A stretch of DNA of 64,000 nt from Chlorokybus atmophyticus. Its lineage: Eukaryota > Plantae > Mesostigma and Chlorokybus algae. The notes below the pieces were generated by a model. That model searched no databases. It worked only from the letters and a program-made list of their open reading frames with translations, and had not been told where the DNA came from. Made by a program: the position numbers and the translations under genes. Of this stretch, positions 10,698 through 22,100 are shown one piece after another; within the stretch, counting starts at the first letter, position 1, and each line of letters opens with the position of its first letter. The DNA is taken from assembly GCA_009103225.1 (NCBI GenBank), contig RHPI01003369.1, positions 1,392,017-1,456,016 of the forward strand, read 5' to 3'.

Positions 10698-12158
10698 ATG
10701 TCTGACCAAGGAGAGGGAGGTGAGAAGTACTTTACCGTCCCTGACTCATCGTCATCATACGAACCATCAAGTGATGACAAAGTGAGAGACTCGGACACGA
10801 GTGAGAGCTACAAGCTCACTGAGAGTGACAAGGAGGAAGCTGCGCAGGATAGCGAAGCTTCTCCCAATCAATCTACTCAGAGTGGGCCAACTACAATGGC
10901 ACAGTCTGTCATTGGTGGGGCTATTGAGAAGTTTGCGCGAGAGCGCAAAGCCTTGATCGATGCTCACCCACAGCTTCGTCAGGAAGTGTGGGATGCATGG
11001 GCGCAGACGGTTCGTGATGGCTATGCGACAGACTTTGCCACACTCCCTCGTGGAAGCAAGGAGATGGTGATCCGCATGCTCGAGCATGAGCTGACGAACA
11101 ATGTTCCGCCACTCGTGCGCGGTGATCCGAAGGTGGCTGCTCTGATGGCTGTTTACGATAAGCCTCTCCCTTACCAAGGCAAGCGAATGGCGTTTGAGGC
11201 TTTGGCCAACTTGGGAGTGGAAACCTCACAGCGTTGCAAGGACGTGTTCTGGTACTTGGGACCTAACTTGGAAGACAAGTTGACTGGCCGAGTGCAGTTG
11301 ACGGCACGCCTTGATGCTATGCAGTCTGAGTTGGTGGCGCTGCGCCAACAGGTGGCGGGTGCTACTTCAGAAGCTGGTGCATCAGCGGGGCTGCCGGTTA
11401 CAGCACTGAACAAGCCTGAGAAGTTCAAGCCCAACCGCAGTGTCAGCATCCATGATTGGGTGGTCACTGTTGAGCACTATTTGACAGCACTGAAGCGCCC
11501 AGTTGGTGAGCACATTGCTGTTGCTGAGTTGCTCATGCCATCTGACGCTCTCGCCGAGTGGGCGAGGCAGACAGAGGATGGTGCGGCCAAGACAGTGGAG
11601 GCACTATTCAAGTTCCTTGTGGAGCGCTATGGTGGCATGGATCCAGCTACTCAGGCTCGCAACAAGCTCAACAAGCTGCGACAGAATGGCAGAACGGCTT
11701 CAGTCTATCTGCAGGAGTTCCAAGCGTTGGTGGGCCGCGTGAACAGTGGCCTCATGCCCATGGACAAGGCTGAGCAGTTTGAGTTGTACAAGCGCGGCTT
11801 GGATGCGCGTGTGCGCGATCAGCTGCAGTACAACACGGCAACGGGACTTCCTTGGGTTCCTGAGGACTTGGCCCAGCTGCAGAAGCTGAGCGTGTAACTG
11901 TACAATGATGACACGGCGGTGCAGGAAAAGGCACATGTGGCAGTTGCGGCCAAGCCGCACGGGGTGGGAGGAAAGCGTTACCCTCAGCCGAGTGCGCACA
12001 CGGCAAAGAAGGCGAAGACATTCACGCCTCCGACCGGTGGCACATCTGCTGGTGGTGCTACACCCGCTGCGGCTCGCACCTGTTACGTCTGTCACCAGCC
12101 GGGCCACATTGCGAAGAACTGCCCCGCCAAGAAGGGCAAGGCCAAGAAGGTTGAATAG
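10698..12158 (+). CDS. gag: Gag (capsid domain + CCHC zinc knuckle), with one in-frame TAA at 11895-11897
   Basis: ORFs 10668-11897 and 11919-12158 share a frame. Motifs ARNKLNKLRQNGRTASVYLQEF and CYVCHQPGHIAKNC. First ATG at 10698. Confidence 0.9.
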
Positions 12159-15100
12159 GATTATGCCGTGACTGATGTAGATGCGGTTGATAGCCAGTTG
12201 CTTAAGATGCAAGCAGCAAACTGGTTTGATGATCTGTCTCAAGTGCATGTAATGACACATGCATGGCAAGCACATGACAAGTGGCCACTCTTTGATGTTG
12301 AAAAAGTGGAAGAGAATGCTTGTGTGCTTGTACATGTGGAATTCAACATGCTTACCGATGTGTTGCATGCATTGACTGAGTTGCAGAATAAGCACAGAAC
12401 CTTGAGTATGGTGGTGATGGTGCCAAAGTATTATGGCCCATGGTTAAAACATACTCGCGGAGGGTCTGTGTTGAAGCAATTCAGCAAGCGTGAAACAAGG
12501 ACAGTACGGTTGTTAGCCATATTGATTAACCCTCGCATTAGTCACGGACTCTTGGCTACGTTTCAAGGACGGGTGGTACCTCTGTTGTGGACATTTAGTG
12601 GCACAATGCAAGGTGTAAACAGTTCGTTCTTGATTGACACTAGTGCAACACACAACTTCGTTGAGGAACAATGGGTTGTGCGCAACAAGATAGCGTGTAA
12701 ACCCTCAGCATTTTCAGCTGCCGGTGCGGGGGGTGCGTTGCCAGTGAAAGGGGAAATAAAAATGAAAGTAAAGATTGGTAATTATCATGCCACTCTTACT
12801 TTCATAGTGGTATCCATCGACATATCAGGTGTTGATGTGGTATTAGGACAGGAATGGCAGGAAAATGTCAATATGACATTGGATACTGGCGCACGTTTGT
12901 GCACGGTAAAGAAAGGTCGTAAGCGTGTAACATTGTCTGTGAAAGGGTCACATAGCTTGGACCACAAGCAGCCCGACCCTGCGCTACTCACTGCACTGCA
13001 AGTGAAACGTGCGTTGCGCAAAAACACACCGGCTTTTCTGGTACACTTAACGTCGTCGGACGACTTTGTGCCGGGAAACACAGAAGGTGTTGCAGACATC
13101 ATTGAGAAGTATCAAGATGTGTTCTCAGATGAATTGCCAGGCTTACCTCCTGACCAAGGTGTCGGACACACAATACCACTCATTCTTGACAGTGAGCCTC
13201 CGTTTCGGCCTATATATAGGCTAAGCCCCCGAGAGAGGGGGGAAATGGAAACTCAAATCAAAGAGTTAATGGAAAAGGGATTGATTGAACCGAGTTCTTC
13301 ACCCTTTGGCGCGCCCATCTTGTTTGTGATGAAAAAGAATGGAAAGCTGCGCATGTGTGTGGATTACCGTGCTTTGAACAAGATCACGGTAAAGAATCGA
13401 TACCCGTTGCCCCGGATTGATGATGTGTTTGATAAACTGTCGGGAAATGCGTACTTTAGTACGTTGGACTTGATAAGTGGGTATCATCAAATCCGGATTC
13501 ATCCTTCTGATGTTTACAAGACAGCATTCAGAACACCTTCGGGCCATTATCAATACAAAGTGTTACCTTTTGGATTGACTAATGCGCCGGCAGTGTTTCA
13601 GAAGGAAATGAATAAGATTTTTGGTGGCATACTTGGCAAGTATGTTATGGTTTACTTGGATGACATCATTGTCTTTAGTAAAACCAAGGAAGAGCATAAG
13701 CAGCACTTGGAAGCGGTGTTCGCCTTGCTGCGTACACATCGCTTGTTTGCCAATCTTGCGAAGTGTGACTTCTGCAAGACGGAGTTGCCATTCTTGGGGC
13801 ACATTGTGAGCGGTGCGGGTGTGAAACCTGACCCTCGCAAAGTGCAAGTTGTAAAGGATTGGCCTCAACCTAAGAATATCCATCAGCTACGTTCATTCTT
13901 GGGATTGGCAAACTACTTTCGCAAGTTTATGATGGGGTACTCCACAGTAGTGGTGCCTTTGACAAAATTGTTGCGAAAAGATGCTCCATTCTTATGGACA
14001 GCTGAACAAGAAGCTGCTATGCAACAGGTGAAGCTAGCTTTGACTTCTGCTCCAGTGTTGGCATTGCCAAACTGGGACAAGCATTTCACTGTAGTTAGCG
14101 ATGCGTCCACCCTTGGGTGTGGTGCAGTACTGTTGCAAGATGGCAGACCATGTGCTTATGAGAGTAGGAAGTTCATCCCAGCAGAGGTGAATTACACTAC
14201 CACCGAGCAAGAGTTGCTTGGTATAGTACATGCTCTGGAAACATGGCGATGTTACTTGGAGGGGGTTCAGTTCACAGTGGTGACTGATCATAATCCATTG
14301 GTGTATTTCTCAACACAGCAAAACTTGTCACGAAGGCAAGCCCGCTGGAATGAGTTTCTGTCTCGGTTTACCTTTGAGTGGGTATACCGGCCAGGCAGAA
14401 CCAATGTTGCTGATCCTCTGAGTCGTTGTCCATCATTGTTGGCAGCTATGCGTGCGCAATTGCTTGCGACGCGCGGTACATTGCCACCGGATGATGAGTT
14501 TGTGCAAGCTGTTGTGCAAGGGTATGCTTTTGACCCATGGTTCTCGTCAGAGGACAACGTGCAAAAGCTGAGCAAACGAGACAACTTGTATTATGTGGGC
14601 ACCAGCTTGGTAATACCTGACCATGCTGGATTGCGTGCGAAATGCATAGCTGATGTACACGATCCACCGTACGCTGGGCACTTTGGCAGTCGCAAGACTG
14701 TTAAAGCAGCGCAACAGTTGTATTGGTGGCCATCGTTGCCTGTTGACGTAAAACGGTATGTGGACACGTGTGACAAATGTCAGCGTGATAAGCCGTTACG
14801 TCAGAAACCCGCTGGTTTGCTGCGACCATTGCCTATTCCTGATGGCAAATGGGAAAGTGTGAGTATGGACTTAATTACTGAGCTCCCAGAGACAGCATTA
14901 GGTCACACTGCAGTTGCAGTTTTCGTGGATCGTTTGACAAAAATGGTCCACATTGTCCCTTGTCGCACGGAGATAGGCTCCCGTGAGTTGGTGATGGTTT
15001 TTGTCGCGTCTGTGTTCAAGTTGCATGGCTTGCCCCGCAACTTCGTGTCAGATCGCGATCCGCGATTTGTGGCTCAGTTTTGGAAGTCGCTATGCAGCTT

Positions 15101-15929
15101 CTTACACATTCAGCAGAACATGAGCACTGCTTACCATCCACAGACGGATGGTCAGACAGAACGCGCCAATCAAGTGATTGAGGAAACCATCCGGCATTAT
15201 GTGAGCCCGAATCAGAGTGATTGGGATATTTATCTCCCAATGGCTGAGTTTGCGATCAATAATGCATGGCAAGAGAGTGTGCAGGAGACTCCGTTTTTCT
15301 TGAATTACGGAGTGCATCCACTGAGTCCTGCGAACATTAAGTTGCCCGCTACTGACGTGACTCGCGTACCTGCAGCGCGCGAGATGGCTTCGGCCATGCA
15401 GGATAGGTTAGCGTTGGCAAAAGACTGTCTGCGCGCAGCGCAAGACAGACAAAAAGCCCAAGCTGATGCGCATCGTAGAGAGGCCAACTACGATGTGGGC
15501 TGTTCGGTGCTTTTAAGTACCAAAAACGTATCCATCAAGGGAGTGGGTACCCGCAAGTTTTTCCCTCGCTGGATAGGCCCTTTCAAGATAACTGATCGGG
15601 TCGGCACTCACGCGTATCGTTTGGACTTGCCAAAGTCGATACGTATTCACAATGTGTTTCACGTGAGTGTACTGAAACCATACCGTTCTGACGGTCGGGT
15701 TCAACCTCCTCCACCCCCCGTTGCAGTGGATGGCGACGATACTTTCGAGTATGAGGTGGAAGCAATCCTGAGTCACCGTAAGCCTCGACGCGGACGCGCG
15801 CCGTCTTACTTGGTGAAATGGAAAGGGTATGGTGTTGAGCACAACACGTGGGAGCCCGAAAGGAATCTTACCAACTGCCAAGAGATTCTTCGGGGGTACT
15901 GGAGTGCTGTGTCCACACGCGGACGGTAA
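12159..15929 (+). CDS. pol: Pol: extra N-terminal domain, protease (DTSA variant), RT (YLDD at 13653-13664), RNase H, integrase (HHCC, DDE, GPF), chromodomain
   Basis: 1253-aa open frame in the same frame as gag. Chromodomain YEVEAIL...YLVKWKGY...TWEPE at about 15748-15900. Confidence 0.97.
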   Translation, partial: DYAVTDVDAVDSQLLKMQAANWFDDLSQVHVMTHAWQAHDKWPLFDVEKVEENACVLVHVEFNMLTDVLHALTELQNKHRTLSMVVMVPKYYGPWLKHTRGGSVLKQFSKRETRTVRLLAILINPRISHGLLATFQGRVVPLLWTFSGTMQGVNSSFLIDTSATHNFVEEQWVVRNKIACKPSAFSAAGAGGALPVKGEIKMKVKIGNYHATLTFIVVSIDISGVDVVLGQEWQENVNMTLDTGARLCTVKKGRKRVTLSVKGSHSLDHKQPDPALLTALQVKRALRKNTPAFLVHLTSSDDFVPGNTEGVADIIEKYQDVFSDELPGLPPDQGVGHTIPLILDSEPPFRPIYRLSPRERGEMETQIKELMEKGLIEPSSSPFGAPILFVMKKNGKLRMCVDYRALNKITVKNRYPLPRIDDVFDKLSGNAYFSTLDLISGYHQIRIHPSDVYKTAFRTPSGHYQYKVLPFGLTNAPAVFQKEMNKIFGGILGKYVMVYLDDIIVFSKTKEEHKQHLEAVFALLRTHRLFANLAKCDFCKTELPFLGHIVSGAGVKPDPRKVQVVKDWPQPKNIHQLRSFLGLANYFRKFMMGYSTVVVPLTKLLRKDAPFLWTAEQEAAMQQVKLALTSAPVLALPNWDKHFTVVSDASTLGCGAVLLQDGRPCAYESRKFIPAEVNYTTTEQELLGIVHALETWRCYLEGVQFTVVTDHNPLVYFSTQQNLSRRQARWNEFLSRFTFEWVYRPGRTNVADPLSRCPSLLAAMRAQLLATRGTLPPDDEFVQAVVQGYAFDPWFSSEDNVQKLSKRDNLYYVGTSLVIPDHAGLRAKCIADVHDPPYAGHFGSRKTVKAAQQLYWWPSLPVDVKRYVDTCDKCQRDKPLRQKPAGLLRPLPIPDGKWESVSMDLITELPETALGHTAVAVFVDRLTKMVHIVPCRTEIGSRELVMVFVASVFKLHGLPRNFVSDRDPRFVAQFWKSLCSFLHIQQNMSTAYHPQTDGQTERANQVIEETIRHYVSPNQSDWDIYLPMAEFAINNAWQESVQETPFFLNYGVHPLSPANIKLPATDVTRVPAAREMASAMQDRLALAKDCLRAAQDRQKAQADAHRREANYDVGCSVLLSTKNVSIKGVGTRKFFPRWIGPFKITDRVGTHAYRLDLPKSIRIHNVFHVSVLKPYRSDGRVQPPPPPVAVDGDDTFEYEVEAILSHRKPRRGRAPSYLVKWKGYGVEHNTWEPERNLTNCQEILRGYWSAVSTRGR

Positions 15930-16039
15930 AAGGGTGCTGGCAGACATCTTTACCGCTTCGGCCCTGGTTCTCTCACTGCTTTGTTTCTCGGTGCTCATGG
16001 TGGGGCTTTGCTAACCCTTCAATGAGGACATTGAAACCT

Positions 16040-16052
16040 AAGTGGGGGGGAA
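16040..16052 (+). promoter_or_regulatory. Polypurine tract
   Basis: AAGTGGGGGGGAA directly before the 3' LTR. Confidence 0.9.
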
Positions 16053-16390
16053 TGTAACGGAGTGCTACCTCTATAGAGGTTCCCCGCCCTTATTTAGGAT
16101 TAAATAAGGGTCCCAACGGGTATATACAGCCAATTAAGCCGTATTAGGGCCGTTAACCTAGTGTTAAGGCCCTAATGTAGTGTTACTTAACTGTAACACT
16201 GATATCGACATGAGACATGAGTCTCATGTTGATATCAGCTGTATGGCGGCACTGCTAACGCAGCAGCCGCCATAGCCAGGGGATCTTCTGCTCCGGCAGT
16301 TGCCCCTGGCGGCGGCGGTGTGGTCGGCGTGGCTGGTGGTGGTGTTGGGGTAGGGGATTAAAGGGAGGAGGAGCACCCCCTCTCCTTACA
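16053..16390 (+). repeat. 3' LTR (family A)
   Basis: 338 bp with three substitutions versus the 5' LTR (about 16108, 16189, 16230). Confidence 0.97.
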
Positions 16391-16739
16391 GTCGGGGCGC
16401 ACGTGTGTGCTTGGCAAAGGGGGCAAGGTTCCGGTGTGAATACCATGTCTTGGTGAGAGGGTTGTTGATTGGACCAACTTACAGGTTACAAGGCACGAGC
16501 ACCGTCGTAGCTGAGTTTTAAACCCGTGCGGGTAAAATGGCCGGATTCGCAAGCAATGACTTACGACCTACACACTGACCAACTCGACTACGACCTACAC
16601 AAGACACGCTGCAAAGCACTTGCAAAAGTTATGATGGATATTAGCAATTGCCTCAATCGTCTCACGTGCCACAATTTATTTCTCACGCATCAACCACTGC
16701 AGCAGAAGCCATTGCTGACCGATGGTCGTGAATTTAGAT

Positions 16740-16911
16740 AGACATGTATGTGTATATGCATATACTAAATACACCATATGTACGTATAGGTATACCTATA
16801 ATATATACATAATTATATCGTTTTTGACATTGCTTTGTATATGTGTACACATATATATGTATATATACATATCATATGTATATGATATGTGTAATAATAT
16901 ATGGATTCATA

Positions 16912-16948
<37 letters not shown>

Positions 16949-16950
16949 TT
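16740..16950. repeat. AT/TG low-complexity tract ending in (TG)n(TA)n microsatellite
   Basis: Direct inspection. Confidence 0.9.
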
Positions 16951-18779
16951 GCACGGTGCCAATAGCTTTAACATGCTTCAAAAAGTGGGTGACTTGGGGA
17001 TTACAACCGTGTGCACACTTTCCTGTAACCAATCATGTAGCTAGCTTAGTTCGCAGATATTTGCAAAAAGCTCCCTGCGTCACCTACGTGAGGTGGCGAT
17101 GAGTTGGGGAAGTTTTACTCATGTCACATGAGTGAAATCAGTTATGTGCGACAAGGATATGTTACTTACCGCAAGAATAAAAGTAAGTAACATTCACAAA
17201 ACTAGCTTGATTCTCTGCTCGCCAACATCGCAATCACTTGCGGTTGAACCTAAGAACCTAAGAATAGAACAAGGCAGAGCTGCTTAATGCCACTTTTTTA
17301 AATTCATGCTAGCCATACCTGGTTTTTCTCTACTGAAGTAATGGATTGCATTAGTAGTGTACTGGTCATCAAAGGTCTTTGATTCTTGAAAGACTTGTGC
17401 TACAATAGCAATCAGCCTGGTAACACTGAATACCATTAGCTCGGCCTTGAAGGTGCCTTTCTGCATGTCCTCAACCGTGGCCCACACTGATGCAGGTTTG
17501 TAGTGCACCAACAACACAACTTGATCCAACAACCATAATAACGTATTAGCCAACATTCTTACCCAATTGTACAATGCACCAACTGATTTTTTAGCCACAG
17601 TCTTGCGCGCCTACCCAGCAACTTTTGTCAAACAAAACTCGTGTAAGGCGTATGCATGTACGCGCGTCATCACAGGTGCGGAACCAAATTAGCAATTGCA
17701 TTGGCCACGCCATCTGGCCAACCTTCACACATAGATTTCGGTCACAATACGTGCTCAAAGTGCCACATACACAGATTTGCAGTGTTTACACGAATGTCTG
17801 ATCCCCACTGCATGCACCGCTGACGCAGAGACAGTGGCAAATGCTCAGCTTCGCTAGCAGCCGAGATAAGGACATCTTTGTAAAGCTTTCAATGAGCAAC
17901 AATCATAGCATTTGTGCAATCAAGCAAGACGATGAAACCGCAAGCTGCAGACGCCAACTTCAACACAAGGTACAAGCGTGAAACTTCGTTGTTCACCCCA
18001 TAATAGCCACACGGGTATGTGGTGATATCGTCATAGGTATTTAAGGCAGCAGCTGTACACACACCTTTACAATCAACTACCAATGACCTCCTGACACATG
18101 CAGAAACTACACTCAAATTACCTGTTGCCAGCACCAATTTTGTACAACTACTGCGAGAGTAGTTGAGACCTGACTCATGAGGTAAACGCTCTTGGCAAGG
18201 TGTAGCATTTTAATATGCGACGCTTCAACCCATCCTGCACAGGTAATCCCAAAGCAACGTTAGGGTGCTTTGAGACCGACCTGTTCATCGTCGCGCCATT
18301 CGGCTTATAGCTCCGCTCATTTATGAACAACAATGAGCTTCTTTAACCACACAGACAAACATGCAACTGAATGGAGGCAGTGACCATGCAGACCTGCTTT
18401 GCCCGCAGCCTTCTCTCATTCAGGACGATAGGCTGCTACAATGTGCGACTCGGATGTCAGCTTATTGCTTATTTTGCGGGCCAGCGATTGCTTCCTGCCC
18501 TTCCGGCATGCTGCAATTATATGCATATACGGGTTAACAATGCTAGTGCATGCGCGCGCTGCATGTGGTCGCGCTTGTGTGAGTGCACAAGTTAACATTG
18601 TCTGTGCTGACAAGTTGACAAGCTGTATGCACGGAGGTAGGATATACCGCATGCTAGAACTGGACCTGTTGTTTGAAGATAAGTGACGACTCTACAATTT
18701 TGTTTTCATTCTCTCTCTCCCCTCTCTACAAGCTCACAAGCTCAAACTGCTGTTATCACTCCGCTATTATGGTGGAGTG

Positions 18780-19140
18780 GTCGTGTGCGTGTGTGAAGTG
18801 CCTGCATGCGTGTGTGCTCGCGCGCGTGTGAGGTGCCTGCATTTTTATGTGCGCAAATAAGTATATGTTCGTGCCGCAGGCAGTCATTGCTAAGGCAAGC
18901 ACCTGCTATGCATGTGTGCTATGTGTGGGTGATGTGTGTGTGATGTGTGTGCGGTGATACGTGTGAGCGGGTGTGATGTGCCTGGGTGCGTGTAGGTGAT
19001 GTGTGTGGGTAATATGTAAGAAATGTGTGTGACATGTGTGTGGGAGTGATGTGTGGGGCGATGAGGTAGTTAAGGTGTGTGCGGGTGTGAGGTGCCGGCG
19101 TGCACGTGTGGCCGGGGGTGGGGGTGGGGGGTGTAAGCGT
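18780..19140. repeat. GT-rich degenerate microsatellite / low-complexity region
   Basis: Repeated GTGTG/GATGTGT motifs; the overlapping ORFs are compositional artefacts. Confidence 0.75.
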
Positions 19141-22100
19141 GCGCAGCCTGCGATTGGTGGGACGGTGATTACTCATGGCTCTAACTCACCGTAGCACGGT
19201 GCCTCAATTAGTTACAAAGGCCGCCACCACGATCTCCACGAACGCCGCCACTCTCCGCCCAGCAGTCAATAGTTGCCGCCGCCGCCACCGCCACAGCCAC
19301 GACGGCCGCGCTGGCAGTAGGTAGGCTAACACAGTGCAATTGCGGTTGTGGCCAACGATCGGTCATGATCGTAACTTGTTTTTTCGTTGCGTCGTCGTAA
19401 GACGGCATGCAATCTCGTTAGGGGTTCTCAATATCCCCTATTGCGTCGGCGTTCCATTGGACTTAACGTATTGCTTGTCACAACAACATTTGTTGATGTC
19501 TTTGACAATATTGCTGCCAGCAGTTGTTGCTGCCCGTTGTAGCAATGGTGGCGGCTGCCGCCAGCTACTATTGTCAATAGTTGACTGCGTGTAAAGTCAT
19601 GCTGGCGACTGTTGTCATTGTCCTCAATGTTGTTGCATAGCATGTAAGCTTTGTTGTTGGCGAATATTGTTGTATTCATCCACAACCACAGCTGCAGCTT
19701 CGGCAGCTGCTGCAATCCTGGGTCATTGCTATAGTTGACGTTGAGGTTGTTGCAGCCAATGCAGCATAGCCGCTGCAGTTGCCATTGTTGCGGTGACAAC
19801 CATTGCTATTGGCGTTGTTTATTGGTTATAGCTTTGTAATTTGATGATGGTTTTTGCAGGGAGGAGTAGCTTGAAAGAGACAAATGATTATCTGTTTTGC
19901 ATTTGCATTGGGGGAAACCTATGAGAGAGGAGGAGCGCAGACGGGAGGATCTGCTGAGAACGTAGACCGCTTCTGCAACAGCCTGCAGGTGCACATGCAG
20001 GTGAAAGACATGTGAAGACATCGCTAGTACTCGTGGTCTGAGCATGCGTGCATATGCACACCCACACATGCATGCTTACCCTTTACTGTCCCACTTCCCT
20101 CTCCCCCCTCTCCCCCTACAAACCTCCTCCCTGTCTCTTCCCGCCATACTCAGGTGGGGTTTGGGGTAGGGATAGAGAATTGTTCTGGTTGCATGCTTGT
20201 ATGCTTTGGTTACCGCCAACCGTTGGCTAACATCAACAATTGACGGTAAGCACCACACCACCCCAAGTACCCAACACCACATCCTCATCCCAACACGACC
20301 ACCAACATCCCACCATCATGTGTACATGATTGTGTGTGCACAGCCAGCCTCGCCCCTGATCTCACTGGCCCCACGACGCCTACAGCTGCTTCGAACTGCA
20401 AGTGAAGGCACACGAGCACCCACGCACTTGCTCACATGTTATACTCACTTGCACCAACGTCACCAAGTTTGAGATGTTCTTCAAGTGATAATACTATGGC
20501 ACATTGTGCAGCCGCAGGCTGCACACTTATAAGCATGTTTGGAATTATCAGGCCATGCTCGTGTGCCAATCAGCCCAATAAGTAATTTTACATAAATGTT
20601 TACGTCATAACAGTGTTTTCCCAAGAGGGTTTGATTTTGGGTTGGATAAGTCCATGGTAGCATGTTACCCAAGTTGCATGAATACATTATTGAATGCAGT
20701 ACAATTACCGGCAAGTCTAGTGCTAACTAACCACCCTTCTGACAGCCTCTCTTGACAGTCGGATGGAACTGTCAGAGTGCCACCCAGCATGCGCACGCAG
20801 GCCCTTGCAAGTGGATGGGTGAGTGTACAAGCGGTGTGTGTCTTGCAAATATCGTTTGTATGTGTTAACAAACCATATCTTTGTCAACAACACTACTTGT
20901 CAACATATGTGCATGCTTGCGTGTGCATGCGCGTGCGCGCGCACACACAGCAATGTTGGTTTTTAGTTGCAATCCACCAAACTCTCATGCCAGCTGCCGC
21001 TGTGGTTGGATTCGTCACGGGACTCGGTGGGCCGAGTGCGGCCGCATGTCTCGACCTCAAGCCCTGCTTGACAGCCCTAGACTGCTGGGAGGACAGTTCT
21101 CGGCTGTTTCGCTAAATAGTCGAGGGCTGTCCGACAGCCCTCGACTGTTAATGACAACCACTCTCATCATTCAGCAAGGTGCGGTTGTATCTCGCACGCA
21201 TACTCGCATAAACAGTCGCACAAACAACATACAAACGGTGCCACATTACATACCACACCTTATGGTCGCGCACACACTCGCACGCGCGTACGCACGCACC
21301 ACATCATCATGATGAGGAACAATTGTGCACATGTGCGTGCATGCACATAGATTACCACTTGTGACAAGCACAAGCGTGCACACATTTGCATGCAAGCTTA
21401 TACACACGCACAAGCACACGAACATGCAGAGCCTTGCACAGGTGCACGCGCATGCTCATACATGTGCATGTGCAGACCAAGCCAACCACCAAGGTGTGGC
21501 AGCACTCGGGGAGAGACTGACAAGCAGACACTATGCCAAATAGGTATCAACTCTTTGTAGTGCTTGTTTTACGGTTGCTCGGACTATGGGCAACTGTGGA
21601 CTATCAATAATTATTTAACACACACAAGCATTGCACGCATGCCATGCAGTGCGTATGCGCAGGTGCTCTTTAAGATGTGTCGGCACTCGCGGATGCAAAG
21701 AAAGAGCGGGCTTGTTGCACATAAGGTATAAAATGTTTGTAATGTGCTTGCGACCGTCAACTTGTGGTTGTGCACTAGCCTCATTGGCCCACGCGCATAT
21801 GTGCAAGACCTCTGGTAGCTAATGGGTAGTATCCACTAGCCAAGGTGTTTCAGCGTCAAGGGGAGAGAGTGAGGAGAAGGATCCAGGGTGAAACAGGTCA
21901 GTGTTTGTGTTGTGCTTGTCTTCGTGTGTTTGCTGTCCATTGACTGTGGCCCGTGCGCATTAACATGCAAGTGCATGTGTGCTTACTTTCATAGTTAACA
22001 TTATAGGGATGCTCTTGAAAGTGTAGGCTTAAGGTACATTGTGGTTTGATACATTGTATCACATGTATTTAAATCAAATGGAGTTGCATGACAATGTTTG

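Larger units (their letters stand above)
9547..16390 (+). mobile_element. Full-length young Ty3/gypsy chromovirus (family A), 6844 bp
   Basis: Two 338-bp TG...CA LTRs with 3 differences, TSD GTCGG (9542-9546 / 16391-16395), PBS, PPT, gag and PR-RT-RH-INT-chromodomain. Confidence 0.98.
5953..16509 (+). mobile_element. Decayed Ty3/gypsy chromovirus (family B, copy 2), interrupted by a 1.6-kb element and by the young chromovirus
   Basis: Protease (5998-6310, about 90% identical to copy 1 by eye), RT N-terminus (LYRPIYKLSP, LRMCVDYRAL; 8330-8770), integrase tail (8775-9025), 5'-truncated LTR 9029-9546 resuming at 16396-16509. Confidence 0.85.

Noticed and set aside
11892-11924. 33-nt GT...AG segment that would splice out the gag TAA in frame (similarly 12150-12197 for the TAG)
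   Set aside because: Weak donors, and much shorter than the 73-nt or longer introns seen in this window.
17158-17208. Helitron 3' end (hairpin, then about 8 nt, then CTAG)
   Set aside because: The stem is AT-rich with a 13-nt loop, CTAG is followed by C rather than T, and no Rep/helicase or 5' TC end was identified.
17284-18330. Minus-strand ORFs that look protein-like (faint dynein-stalk-like phrase GALYNWVR)
   Set aside because: No extended motif match or splice structure; cannot be assigned by eye.
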